Positions 42,564 to 54,556 are shown, counted from the stretch's first letter. The stretch: DNA of 64,000 nucleotides from Eledone cirrhosa (GCA_964016885.1 OZ024742.1:240250001-240314000); one strand, 5' to 3'. Program-made: numbers and translations. Notes: generated from the sequence alone by a model not told the origin.

Positions 42564-43711
42564 GTAAGATCTTAAAAAAAGATGTTAAATTCCACAATTT
42601 ATTTCATTTAGTATTAGTATATCTTTAGTGGATGTAGCATGGCCAGATGGTTAAGAAGTTCACTTCACAATTATTAGGTCTGGGATTCGATTCATCTGTG
42701 TGACATATTGGGCAACTGTTATTTACCACCATAGCCTTGAGTCCACCCATGCCCTACCAGTGAACTTGGTGAGACAGAAGCTGGAAGTCTGTCAGATGAA
42801 CGGTACCTGTAATTCAAAAGGTCAACCATGTAATTCAAAAGGTCACACAGATAGACTGTGTTACTTTGAATCTCCCTGAGAATTACATTAAGGATATACA
42901 TGTCTGTGGAATGCTCAGCCACTTACACAACCATTTTACAAGCAACTGGAACACTCATTGTTGAAACTGACAGTGCTCCATTCCATAATATAATTAGACA
43001 TTAGATTGACAAAGTAAGCACTGTAGAGATAAGCTGTCAGTGAACTGAGTTCATCGTTCAGTTTTTATTTCTGTACAGTCATTTCACTTATATGGCTAAT
43101 GCTCTTCAGAAAAGCTTCATTTGAACAATTTTCATTTTTCCTCTTTCTCTCTCCCCCAATTCTCAAGCTTTATATCTACGTAACAATTGTTGTTGTTTTA
43201 AATGTAGTGGAAATAGCTGAGATAGTATGGTTCTTTCTAGACTAAATAAATGCATTACAGCATTTAGTTTAGTAATAGAGTACTGAGTACAAAACAGCAC
43301 TATAACTGCATCACACTAAAAAAAATGAAAGTCTTTAGTTTACTGCAAATTTTCACAACAATCTGTCCACTAGTAAAGATTCTATATCTATTTGAATTAA
43401 CAAACCTGTTCTTAGATATTTTCTCCTAAATCATTTCAGGCTATAAAGAGTTTCAATCCAATCAAATTAACTTTGCCTTTCACCTCTCTGACTCTTTGAT
43501 AATAGTATCAGTTATTGTTATCAGTCATTGATAACAATATCTTAATATTGATAAAATATTACTCACAAAAATTTGAGCAAGTATCTTCTACCATAGCCTC
43601 AGGTTGTCCAATGTCTAAGCATAGATATGTAGTTAAGACATTTTTTCACAATCATGAGGTCCCATTTTCTTTATATATACAATATAGATATGTAAGTAGA
43701 ATCATATCTAT

Positions 43712-43753
<42 letters not shown>

Positions 43754-43757
<4 letters not shown>

Positions 43758-43794
43758 ATCAAAAGATGGTTAAAAGAGAATAAAACTCACCTCC

Positions 43795-43799
<5 letters not shown>
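43754..43799. mobile_element. 46-bp ends-only footprint of the 10936-14621 PLE
   Basis: 43754-43774 = 10936-10956 and 43779-43799 = 14601-14621, joined by agag; (TA)n on both sides. Confidence 0.9.
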
Positions 43800-43853
<54 letters not shown>

Positions 43854-43899
43854 GAAAGGTATAGAAAACATTGTAGCAAAAAGCCAACAGTATTCCATA

Positions 43900-43937
<38 letters not shown>

Positions 43938-43975
43938 TTATATATATAGTATTACATACTGTATATATATATATA

Positions 43976-44101
43976 TATTTATTAAAATAACAGATTAAAG
44001 TTTAAGCAAAGAATCGCTGCTTTCACCCTTAACGGGATCTTCTGAAGATCCCGTTAAGGGTGAAAGCAGGGATTTTAGTCTTCAATTTTATTATTATTAC
44101 T
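43976..44101. mobile_element. Hairpin module centred on a hammerhead core
   Basis: 26-bp arms 44017-44042 / 44044-44069; CTGAAGA-tcccgttaagggt-GAAA; same termini as 53854-53980. Confidence 0.78.
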
Positions 44102-44187
44102 ATATATATATATATATATATATATAGTATGTACTTGCATATCGATATTGTATATATAATGTATCTACTTACTTATCTGTATTGTAT

Positions 44188-47100
44188 TCATCATCATCAT
44201 CATCATCATCAACGTTTAACGTCCGTGTTCCACGCTTGCATGGGTTTGGACGGGGGTAGTCCCACTTGAGGCAAGAGTGATTGTCTTGCTCGCATAGGAC
44301 TGTCTGGCAGGTTTTCTACAGTTGGATGCCCTTCCTAACACCAACCACATTTACAGTGTGGGTCTGGGAGGTTTTTACCGTGTTGCCTACACGGCCACAT
44401 TACAGCGTGGACTGTGTGTTTTTTTGTCGTGACACCTACACGATCTCATTTGTTTCGGCCTGGATGGCGCGGCACCAACATAACTTTACATAGAACGGGG
44501 TGGTGTGGATGGGGTGGGGGTGGTGGCGGGACGGGGTGTAGTTTGTTAGAGATGCCTACTGGCAAGGCGGGTCTTCTCTGTTACTGAGTACCGCCAAAGG
44601 TCACGGTCCAGTGACATTGTCTTGGAGAGGTGTAAGTGTGTGAGGTCGGAGTTTATCAGCTCATCCCATGTTTTTCTAGGTCTGCCTATTCCGTGGCTAC
44701 CGTCTATCTTTATTGCCCTGCACTTTGTAATACAGCTATCGACTTTCATGCGCATCACGTGTCCATACCAACGCAGCCTTCTCTCGAGTAAACAACATCT
44801 GATCCCTCTTATCTCTAATTTTTTCCTTAGTTCGTTTATGCTTTGCCGTTCACGTATATTACTGTTACACATCCAGCGGAGCATGCAAGCTTCGTTCCTC
44901 TCTAGTCTGCGTATATCCTCTGCACACAATGCCCAGGTCTCACTACCATGCAACATTGCTGTTCGTATGCAGGCATCGTACAACCTGCCTTTCATTTTTA
45001 GGGAGAACCCTTTAGCAGCTAATAGTGGTATAAGCTCTCTGAACTTTTTCCAACCAGTTCTGACTCTAGCTACAGTACTTTCAGAGCACCCTCCCCCACT
45101 GCTGATTTTATCGCCCAGGTAACGGAAGCTGTCCACTATTTCTATAGAACCCTCTGCGCAATTGAAAGAGCTAGTATTTTGTGGGCACTTGCTGCTACTT
45201 ATTGCACCAGAACACCGGCCACATGTAAAGTCTATGTTCTTAGTTAGCTTACCTGTGATCCCACTACATCTTTTATGCACCCATACTTTGCATTTAGGAC
45301 ATAAGATGGAGTTTCTACCTACGCCTTTCCTACATACCGAGCACGACCATTTCCCAGAAGGGACCGCCGCCTTGTTTTCTTTCCTACAAACTAGAACTTT
45401 GGTCTTAGCCAGGTTAATTTTAAGTCCTTTTGACTCTAGGCCGTGCTTCCATGTTTGGAATTTCTTCTCTAGCTCGGCCATTGATTCCGCTATGAGTGTC
45501 AGGTCGTCTGCGTATAGGAGTTCCCATGGGCAGCCTGTCTTGAACTCCTCTGTTATAGCCTGAAGGGCAATAATAAATAGTAGGGGGCTGAGAACAGAGC
45601 CCTGATGGACGCCAACTTTTACGCTAAACTCTTCACTATATTCGTTGTTAATTCTAACCTTGCTGACTGTTTCTTTATACATGGCTTGTATAGCCCTCAC
45701 AAGCCATTCGTCAACGCCTAGTTTTCTAAGAGCCCACCAGATAATGGAGCGGGGGACTCTGTCGAAGGCTTTCTCCAGGTCGACAAAAGCTAAGTAGAGG
45801 GGTTTACCTTTAGCTAGGTACTTCTCCTGTAGTTGTCGTACTATGAAAAGAGCGTCTGTGGTGCTTTTGCCTGACACAAACCCGAACTGCATTTCATCTA
45901 GATCAATTCTCTCTCTGATTAGTTGCGCTATTACTTTTTCCGTGACCTTCATGACCTGGTCGATTAATTTAATGCCTCTATAGTTACTCCTATCTAGGGC
46001 GTCTCCTTTACCCTTATAACAGTTAACGATGATGCTGCTATGCCAGTCCTTCGGAACAACCCCATTCTGTACGACTTGGTTAACTATGCGGGTGACCATG
46101 GTGTGTCCCACCGTGCCAGATGCCTTCAGCATCTCAGCAACTATTTCCGAAGGCCCAGCCGCCTTACCAGTCTTCATATCCTTGATTGCCTTACTTATTA
46201 TACTCCCCTCGACTAACACTGCTGGTCCCTCTATCGGGTCGATATGGGGGAGACTGTCTTTCTCCCATTTATTCTCCTCATTTAGTAGCCTTTCATAGTG
46301 ACACTTCCAAGCTACCTTCTTATCAGTGTCGGTGATGGCAAGTATGCCATCATCGTTAAGTACACACTTCTCCCCGACAATATCACGGTTTTCCTTGACG
46401 CATTGCCTGGCAATCCTGAACACCTCACGTTTTTGGTCATCGCGTTGTAGAACATGCTTGAACTTTCTTTCCTCAGCTTCCCTTCTTGCTAAGTACACTT
46501 CTCTCGTAGCTTCCCTCCTGGCCACTTGATAGTCTACTCTACTTCCCCCATCCCGCCATACTTTCCAAGCCTGCTTTTTGGCCTTAATTGACCCCTCCAC
46601 CCTATTGTTCCACCACCATGTTACTCTCCTCCTGCCTACAGGCCTGCTCCAGCCACAGACTTCGTCTGTCGCCAACAGCAGGTTTGCTTTCAGAAATTTC
46701 CACTGTCCCTCTATATTGTCCGATTCTAGATGCTCTTCCTTACTGTCGAAAGCATCAAGTAATATGCTTTGAAATTTATTTCTGGCTGTGGGGTCCTTTA
46801 GTTTCCATATTTTCCTCCTGAGTATAGTCCTCTTCTGCTGTCGGGTACGTCTCGTCCTGACTATGAGGTCGCTAATTATCAGTCTATGTTGGGAGGTGCA
46901 TTCTTCATGGGGGAGGGATTTAGTGTTTACAACAGACACTCTGTCACGTCTTCTGGTAAGGATATAATCTACCTGGCTTGTGTGTTCCCCGGATCTATAG
47001 GTAATCAGGTGATTGTCACGTTTTTTGAAGTTAGTGTTACAGATAGTTAGGTTATTTGCATCACAGTATTCCAGGATTCTGGAGCCTTCCTCATTTCTAG

Positions 47101-47694
47101 TACCAAACCCATAGCCTCCATGGATTTCGTCGTAGCCGTCACAATGTTGTCCAACGTGACCATTTAGGTCGCCTGCAATAATTATATAGTCACTGTCAGA
47201 TATTTGGGAGGTAGTTAGCAACAGTGTCTCATAGAATCTGTCTTTTATAGTGCCGGGCAGTCCGGATTGGGGTGCGTACGCAGATATTACTGTCACCGTA
47301 GTTCTATTGAGGACAAGTCTTATTTTAATTATTCTGTCGTTCACTCTATTTACGTCTATTATCTTATCTGCCCACTTTTCTGCTACCATGATTCCTACTC
47401 CACCCAGCCCATCGTCGTTTCCCACCCAGAAAAGCTTATAACATCGTTTTTTACCCTCAATGAATCTAGCAGACCCACCCCTCCACCTGGTCTCTTGAAT
47501 ACAACAAACATCGACCTCCTTACGTTCAAGCATTTCTACAACCTCGTTAGCGCGACCCTTTAGGGTGCCTACATTTATGGTACCAACTCTGAAGTTTTGG
47601 GTTGCGTTTGGAGGGTGGGGGTGGTGGGGGGCGGGAGGAGATAGGGTTATGTTAGCCATCCGCGGACGAAACAAAGAGGAGTGCTCGCATTCTC

Positions 47695-47697
<3 letters not shown>
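44188..47697 (-). mobile_element. RTE-clade LINE with complete ORF, antisense in C2CD5 intron 3
   Basis: (GAT)n tail at 44188-44210, 3' UTR, uninterrupted ORF, short 5' leader abutting (TA)n. Confidence 0.95.
44546..47659 (-). CDS. RTE polyprotein: AP endonuclease, reverse transcriptase, PHD-like finger (first ATG 47659; frame open to 47674)
   Basis: GTINVGTL, IQETRW, SAYAPQ, AGDLNGHVG, SQHRL; FVDLEKAFDRV, GVHQGSVLSP, LLYADDL, FRYLG; CSVC..CPKC..HKRC..CGRC. Confidence 0.95.
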   Translation of the reverse strand: MANITLSPPAPHHPHPPNATQNFRVGTINVGTLKGRANEVVEMLERKEVDVCCIQETRWRGGSARFIEGKKRCYKLFWVGNDDGLGGVGIMVAEKWADKIIDVNRVNDRIIKIRLVLNRTTVTVISAYAPQSGLPGTIKDRFYETLLLTTSQISDSDYIIIAGDLNGHVGQHCDGYDEIHGGYGFGTRNEEGSRILEYCDANNLTICNTNFKKRDNHLITYRSGEHTSQVDYILTRRRDRVSVVNTKSLPHEECTSQHRLIISDLIVRTRRTRQQKRTILRRKIWKLKDPTARNKFQSILLDAFDSKEEHLESDNIEGQWKFLKANLLLATDEVCGWSRPVGRRRVTWWWNNRVEGSIKAKKQAWKVWRDGGSRVDYQVARREATREVYLARREAEERKFKHVLQRDDQKREVFRIARQCVKENRDIVGEKCVLNDDGILAITDTDKKVAWKCHYERLLNEENKWEKDSLPHIDPIEGPAVLVEGSIISKAIKDMKTGKAAGPSEIVAEMLKASGTVGHTMVTRIVNQVVQNGVVPKDWHSSIIVNCYKGKGDALDRSNYRGIKLIDQVMKVTEKVIAQLIRERIDLDEMQFGFVSGKSTTDALFIVRQLQEKYLAKGKPLYLAFVDLEKAFDRVPRSIIWWALRKLGVDEWLVRAIQAMYKETVSKVRINNEYSEEFSVKVGVHQGSVLSPLLFIIALQAITEEFKTGCPWELLYADDLTLIAESMAELEKKFQTWKHGLESKGLKINLAKTKVLVCRKENKAAVPSGKWSCSVCRKGVGRNSILCPKCKVWVHKRCSGITGKLTKNIDFTCGRCSGAISSSKCPQNTSSFNCAEGSIEIVDSFRYLGDKISSGGGCSESTVARVRTGWKKFRELIPLLAAKGFSLKMKGRLYDACIRTAMLHGSETWALCAEDIRRLERNEACMLRWMCNSNIRERQSINELRKKLEIRGIRCCLLERRLRWYGHVMRMKVDSCITKCRAIKIDGSHGIGRPRKTWDELINSDLTHLHLSKTMSLDRDLWRYSVTEKTRLASRHL

Positions 47698-47741
<44 letters not shown>

Positions 47742-48074
47742 TGTACTTTCATATCTATTGTATATATAATGTTTGTACTTACATATCTGACATTTGTACA
47801 TTATTCTATGTACTATACAACTTTCATGAGTTGTAGTGCACCTGAGCACTGTACACAATAATTTCATTATTATAAGTATATTGTAAATACAATGTATCAT
47901 CATCATGTCCTACCTATGCTACTGTGGAAGATGGACGTTAAATGATGATGATGATGATCATCATCATCATCATCATCATCATCACCATCACCATCCATCC
48001 TTCCTTCCTTCCTTCCTTCCTTCCTTCCTTCCTTCCTTCCACACTAGTATATATTTACATATCTATATTTTCAG

Positions 48075-48205
48075 AGTGCTAGACTATGATACATACAGCG
48101 CCCATGACAGCATTGGAAAAGTCTATATAGACTTGAATCCTCTGTTAATCAAGAACAACCCTTCATTGATAAATGGTTGGTTTCCAATCTACGACACTAT
48201 GCGGG
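48075..48205 (+). CDS. C2CD5: C2CD5 coding exon 4
   Basis: tttcag|VLDYDTYSAHDSIGKVYIDLNPLLIKNNPSLINGWFPIYDTMR(G)|gtaact; phase 2-1. Confidence 0.93.
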
Positions 48206-48274
48206 GTAACTATACACATCATTTTTTTATAGATTTTTTCTTCTTCTAAATCATTGTAGGTCGTGAAGTATTAA

Positions 48275-48476
48275 CCCTTTAGCATTTAAACCGGCTGTAT
48301 CCAGCCAGAATTATCTCACCTCTTTTTGTTCAAACTGGCCATAACTGGCTCATACTGACATTATGAAATAATATCAAAATCTCATAGATTCGATATTATG
48401 TGAGATAGTTATGTAAGATAAAGCCTTTACCATGAAAATACAATAGTAAATATAGAGTAATGTAAATGCTAAAGAG
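48275..48476 (+). mobile_element. piggyBac-type MITE occupying over half of C2CD5 intron 4
   Basis: TTAA on both sides; TIR ccctttagcattta / taaatgctaaagag. Confidence 0.8.
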
Positions 48477-48578
48477 TTAATCATGAAACTCCTGTCCCTC
48501 GAGTCACTGGTATAGCTTTGCAACTATAATAAAATTAATAATATTTATAAATATTTACCTTTTTTTCCTTTATTCAAG

Positions 48579-48674
48579 GTATACGTGGAGAATTAAATTT
48601 CATAGTAAAAGTGGATTTATTCAGTGACTTCAACAGGTTCCGTCAATCTTCCTGTGGAGTTCAACTTTTTTGTT
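48579..48674 (+). CDS. C2CD5: C2CD5 coding exon 5
   Basis: ttcaag|IRGELNFIVKVDLFSDFNRFRQSSCGVQLFC|gtaagt; phase 1-1. Confidence 0.93.
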
Positions 48675-49995
48675 GTAAGTATCATTTAAATTATTTTCTT
48701 AGTAGACAACCATAATAATATGCTATGTGCGTTTATGTATTTATCTAAATATCTCTTTAAAATTTACATACACTACATTTCTTATCACAGTCATGTTGTT
48801 ACAATAAGAAATTAATGGTCCTAGTTTCTAACTTTACATCTACCCCTGTAAATAGTTATTTCTCTAAAGTTGTTCATACATTTAATCCTGTATGTCATTT
48901 GTACATATATGCTGAACATTTATGAAATTATATCCTAGAAATATATTATTAAAATATCATTCTTACCTTTAATCACTTCTTCATGTCGTGTCAGTAATCA
49001 ACATTAAACTACATAGTTTCCCTTATGCAAACCATTCATTTCCCAGTTTGTATGATTGTTTATATAGCCAGTAATCCTGGTATATATGACATACCAATCC
49101 AGGACTCCAAAAATTAAATACATTTAATGTTATTGCTGGCCCATGGCCACTTGTTGTAAATGGAACTTTAATGTAACACAGAACAATATGTTGGTATCCA
49201 GGCATCATAAAACCCGAAATTTAATTTTTCCTTATTATAAATTAATGATTTTTTTTATTAAATTTCTTCTTGATAACTCTGTTGATACCAACCTACCTAA
49301 AGCCAGCCATGGTTCAGTGATGTAAAACTGTCTGTTTTACATCACTTTTAAATATTTAAGTAATTTTAGAAACATGAGTTTAATAATCAAAAAGTTCTTT
49401 TAGTAAATTCCTGCAAATTTTCGATTATTTTCAAAATTAATTGAAATATACATTATACATGCAATACATTTCATCAGAAATATGGTAACATGGAAGTTGC
49501 AGTCATTTAATCGAGATCGTTGATATTCATCATCATCATCATTGTTTAATGTCCGTTCTCCTTGCTAGTGAGGGTTGGATGAGTCTACATATATCAAATC
49601 AGTAATGGAGCGGGGTTACTTACCTCCCAGAATGGCCGGGGGGCTATGTATCTTGTTCATGTATAGTTTCGCATTCTACTAAGTGCACAAGAGAGATAGT
49701 CATGTCTTTGACACAACTGAAGGGTCCTCCCAACCCTTTGCTTGGCAACTTTTCTATGGATGGACGTCCTTCCTATTACTAACCACTTTACAGTGTATAC
49801 TAGGTGCATTTATGTAGATCACCAATACTAGAGAAATTGTTGTGTCCTTGACACAACTGAAAGATCCACCCAACCCTTTGTTTGGCAAGCTTTCTATAGC
49901 TGGATGTCCTTCCTATCACTAATATTCTAGAAATATATGCTTTTGTTAAAATATTTTTGAAAAAAGATGTGATTTAATTATTTTATCTTTCACAG

Positions 49996-50151
49996 CTCCT
50001 GCAGTTCCTGAAAAATATATGTTACAGAGTCTTCATGGTTTTGTTGAAGAATTAGTTGTTAACGATGATCCTGAATATCAGTGGATTGATAAATTACGTA
50101 CTCCAAGAGCATCAAATGAAGCGAGACAAAGACTATTTTCAAAATTATCTG
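49996..50151 (+). CDS. C2CD5: C2CD5 coding exon 6
   Basis: tcacag|PAVPEKYMLQSLHGFVEELVVNDDPEYQWIDKLRTPRASNEARQRLFSKLS|gtaaat; phase 1-1. Confidence 0.93.
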
Positions 50152-52051
50152 GTAAATCTTTGCTTAACTTCACTGAATTTACATGCTAAAAAAAATCTGT
50201 ATTTAATGTTATTCCCTTTATTTTAGTCTTAAAACTGTGGTTATGTGTTGTGTATAAACACACACATACATATATACATATATAAAGGGTAAGGGTAAAG
50301 ACCCTATTTGGTCATGAATGACCATGGGATTTGTACCCAGAAAGTTCTCCTCAAAGTCCAGGCAAAGTTGTTTGTGGAAGACCAGCAATCGTCCATGCAT
50401 AACAGTCTCCTTCTCCATGCCACCAATGTTGTCCAAGGAAAAAAGGCAAAGGCCGATACAGCTTGGCACCAATAAATCGCAACTCATTTCTACAGCTGAG
50501 TGAACTGGAGCAATGTAAAATAAAGTGTCTTGCTCAAGAACACAACAAACAGCCCATACACACAACATGTGCAGAGGTTTCTAGCCTTGAATTTACATGA
50601 AAACGGCTTTAAGTTGTGTTTCCATCATAATAAAAAGCCTCTTTTGAAAGTAGATAGAGATTTTTTTTCTAAATTTGTCTGTTGGATGGGGATTAAAATT
50701 TCTTCAGAGCAGTAGGCCATCATCTTTACAAAGTTCACTTGAAACAAAGAGAAATTTAGGATTCAATGATGTTGTTGACCTCTGCAGAGTCTTTGATCCC
50801 ATGATGGCATCAAAATGTTCTGACATTTTTTTCTTAATTCAGTGTGAGTTATTGTAGAATAGTAAAGACTTCCTAGATTGTAGTATAAATTGAATATTTG
50901 AGGCCTTGATGGGTGTAATAGATTTGACATGGTTTACAATAATAAAGAAGACTAGTTCTAATATTGTGGTCTTTGATGTCAAACACACACACATGTATGT
51001 ATGAAATAAATGAAAAAGTGAAATTTACAGCTCCTACCTATGCAGGTTTAGCTGGCATAGAAGGTCTCTTGAGTGTCTTAATGATAGGGGCTTCACTCCA
51101 ATCATGTAAAGCAATGTGAAATGAAGCATCTTGCTCAAGAATCAACACCCTGCTCAGTTCAGGAATCAAACCCATGACCTTAAGATTGTAAGTCCAATAC
51201 CTTAACCATTAGACCACATGCTTTCATCTGTATTTATATACACACACACACACATGTATTCAGTTAGTAATATATGCAATTTTATGAATAATATTTTAAT
51301 GTTTAAAAAATAAAACAAAACAGGTCTTTAGACAAACATTACTTGATAGGGCGCATAGCTCAGAGATAAAGGAGTCACTCCAGATAGAGCTGCTGCTACT
51401 TTGCATCAAGAAATCACAGCTCTGGTACTATGGACATGTGGTTAGAATGTTTAAGGAAATAATTTCATCGGCAAAGCCGACTGGCAGGAGAACCAGATGT
51501 AGACCACAATCAAGATAGTTGGATAACATCCATAAACTTGGTTGGTCTCATCCATAAGTTCAGTTGGTCTAACTTGGAGATTGTTGCTTCTGATATGACT
51601 TTCTGGAAGGTCTGTCTGTGGATTCTGCCCACATTACCCTCTCAGGAATAAATCAACAAAAAAGACAAAGAAGAAAAAAATTGTAAAGGGCTCTTAAATC
51701 CTGATGGAATTGTATGAACACCATCCTGACATGCCATGTGTCGTGGGCATTATAAACCTAACAAACCACATCCCTCTTCATGTCGGAACGCAACTGATTT
51801 CTTACAGAGAAATGGGGAGAGATAGAAGAATCGACCCCAGTATTGGACTGGTACTTTATTTATCAATCTGAATAGGATGAAAGGCTAAGTTGAACTGGAA
51901 GTGATTTGAACTCAGAATGTAGTGAGCCAGAACAAATACCAAAGGTATTTTTAGTCCTATGCCCTAACAACCCTGTTAATTCACCACTTAATATTTTAAT
52001 GTAATTAGATAGTTTAACTCAAGAATTTATTCTGCTATTTTTCTTCTTCAG

Positions 52052-52112
52052 GAGAGTTGCAACGTAAAATTGGTTTGAAGGTTCTTGAATTGGGTGGAAA
52101 CTCAGTAATAGG
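52052..52112 (+). CDS. C2CD5: C2CD5 coding exon 7
   Basis: cttcag|ELQRKIGLKVLELGGNSVI(G)|gtaagt; phase 1-2. Confidence 0.93.
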
Positions 52113-52846
52113 GTAAGTCTCAGTTTCATCACCATCATTATTTAATGTCTGTTTTCCCTACTAACATGAGCTATCTAAAGTCAGTCTCGAGCCCAGAACC
52201 TTATCAGGCTGGTGCTTGTCCTGGTTTCCTTGGAGTTAAGCGACTAAGAGTACAAGACTCCCCACTGGACATGACGCCAGTCCATCACGGGGTTAAACTC
52301 CCAGCTATTGCTGGCGCTCATTTTCAGCTGAGTATACTGGAGCAATGTAAAATGAAGTGTTTTGCTCAAGAATACAACACACAATCCAGTCCAGGAATTG
52401 AACCCATGCTATTACAATTGTAAGTCCAACACCCTTACCACTAAGCCATGCGCCTCAATGGGCTGGACAAGTTGACTTTTATTTTTATATCTTATATATA
52501 TATTGTTGAAAAATCTCAGATTTTAAATTTACCAAAATCAAATTACATTTTATGTTTGGTAGAGAGATTGATAAATTGTGAGATTGTCTGGTCTTTTTTT
52601 CCACTTGGCCAATACAAGTGAAAGAATAAAAAAACAATTTTGAAATCATATAATACATCATATAAACATTATTCCAGTTATCATATTTGATGTATAGTAA
52701 TATTGAAGGCCTTTTCATTTTTATTAATTATAAAGAAATTACCCATTGGCTCTCCTACTCTCTTATATTTATATGTATGTATAAACATATATATATATAT
52801 AAAGGAAAATGCGAAGTTGTAGATGTTAGAGTCTTTTATTAATTGA

Positions 52847-52897
52847 GCCGTTATACATATTTCAATGATGATAGATATCGTGATTTCTTCAGACAGC
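52847..52897 (-). ncRNA. Type I hammerhead ribozyme in a short PLE-end-like insert (~52800-52960)
   Basis: Minus strand GCTGT-CTGAAGA-[aatcacgatatctatcatcatt]-GAAA-TATGTA-TA-ACGGC, then AATAAA, ~35 nt tail and (TA)n. Confidence 0.75.
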
Positions 52898-52967
52898 AAA
52901 ATTGAGTAAAAGGTAACATTTACGAGGCAATTATGGGTGGAATCGACGGACTAAAAAATGTGTGTGT

Positions 52968-53832
52968 GTCATCATCATCATCATCATCATCATCAGGTTT
53001 AGCGTCCGTGTTCCACGCTTGCATGGGTTTGGACGGGGGTTTTCCCACTTGAGGCAAGAGTGGTTGTCTTGCTCGCATAGGACTGTCTGGCGGGTTTTCT
53101 ACAGCTGGATGCCCTTCCTAACACCAACCACATTTACAGTGTGGGGCTGGGAGGTTTTTACCGTGTTGCCTACACGGCCACATTACAGCGTGGACTGTCT
53201 GGCGGGTTTTCTACAGCTGGATGCCCTTCCTAACACCAACCACATTTACAGTGTGGGGCTGGGAGGTTTTTACCGTGTTGCCTACACGGCCACATTACAG
53301 CATGGACTGTCTGGCGGGTTTTCTACAGCTGGATGCCCTTCCTAACACCAACCACATTTACAGTGTGGGGCTGGGAGGTTTTTACCGTGTTGCCTACACG
53401 GCCACATTTACAGCGTGGACTGTGTGTTTTTTTTGTCGTGACACCTACACGATCTCATTTGTTTCAGCCTGGATGTTGTGGGACCAACATAACTTTACAT
53501 TGAAAGGGGTGGTGTGGATGGGGTGGAGGTGGTGGGATGGGGGTGTGTTTTGATAGAGATGCCTACTGACTGTAGTAGGTTTTTACTTTGTATTTAGGTA
53601 AGGCGGGTCTTCTCTATTACTGAGTACCGCCAAAGGTCTCGGTCCAGTGACATTGTCTTGGAGAGGTGTAAGCGTGTGAGGTCGGAATTTATCATGTCGT
53701 CCCAGGTTTTTCTGGGTCTGCCTACTCCGTGGCTACCGTCTATCTTTATTGCCCTGCACTTTGTTATACAGCTGTCGTCTTTCATGCGCATCACGTGACC
53801 ATACCAACGTAGCCTTCTCTCGAGTAAACAAC
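52968..53832 (-). mobile_element. RTE 3' fragment with a triplicated 112-bp 3' UTR unit
   Basis: MMRMKDDSCITKCRAIKIDG..; units begin at 53081, 53193 and 53305. Confidence 0.9.
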
Positions 53833-53853
53833 GTATATATATATATATATATA

Positions 53854-53980
53854 TATTTATTAAAATAAAAGATTAATCTGTTATTTTAATAAATATTTGC
53901 TCTAGGGTTCTTATATATTTCATATATATTTATCCTTATCGAGCCCTCTTTGGATTTTAGTCTTCACATTTATTACTATT
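53854..53980 (+). mobile_element. Hairpin-plus-tail module, same family as 43976-44101
   Basis: tatttattaaaataaaagatt/aatctgttattttaataaata hairpin, then a tail ending ggattttagtcttcacatttattact. Confidence 0.75.
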
Positions 53981-54294
53981 ATTATTATTATTATTGGCAG
54001 TATCGGTAGAGGGTCGGACGCCATGCTTTGACGCATAGAGTTACTGCCCTTGCCATTCTGAGTTCAAATCCCGCCAAGGTTAACTTTGCCTTGCATCCTT
54101 ATGGGGTCGATAAAATAAAGTACCAGTAATACACTGGGTAATTGCTGGTCTTGTGCCAAAAGTAGAAACAATTATTATTATCCCGCCGAGGTTAACTTTG
54201 CTTTCATCCTTACGGGGTCGATAAAATAAAGCACCAGTAATACACTGGGATAATTGCTGGCCTTGTGCCAAATGTAGAAACAATTATATATATA

Positions 54295-54556
54295 TTTAGG
54301 GATTGTAACATCTAATTACTGTAGGTTCACCAAAGTGAGCACTTGTTGTGTAGTTTCCAGTAGGTATATTAGTGTTGTACTAAGTAGAGTGTAATAATAA
54401 AAAGGCCAAGGTGTTAGATTTGCATTAAATTTATTGAGGTGTGACACACGTTTCACGATAGATCAAATCGAGCCTTGAGCTGATCAATTGCGAAACTCGT
54501 ATCACACCTCAATAAATGTGAAGATGTAACACCTTGTCCTTTTTATTATTATTATT
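54295..54556 (-). mobile_element. Imperfect hairpin-plus-tail module with hammerhead 3' halves
   Basis: Arms ~54392-54465 / 54481-54551 read GAAAC(gtgtg/tcgta)TCACACCTCAATAAAT; flanked by a 13-bp direct repeat tagaaacaattat (54275-54287, 54568-54580). Confidence 0.65.

Noticed and set aside
44622-47563. Antisense ORFs overlapping RTE and CR1 ORFs (for example 44622-45122, 7618-8247, 39817-40152)
   Set aside because: Shadow frames of coding sequence with no independent motifs.
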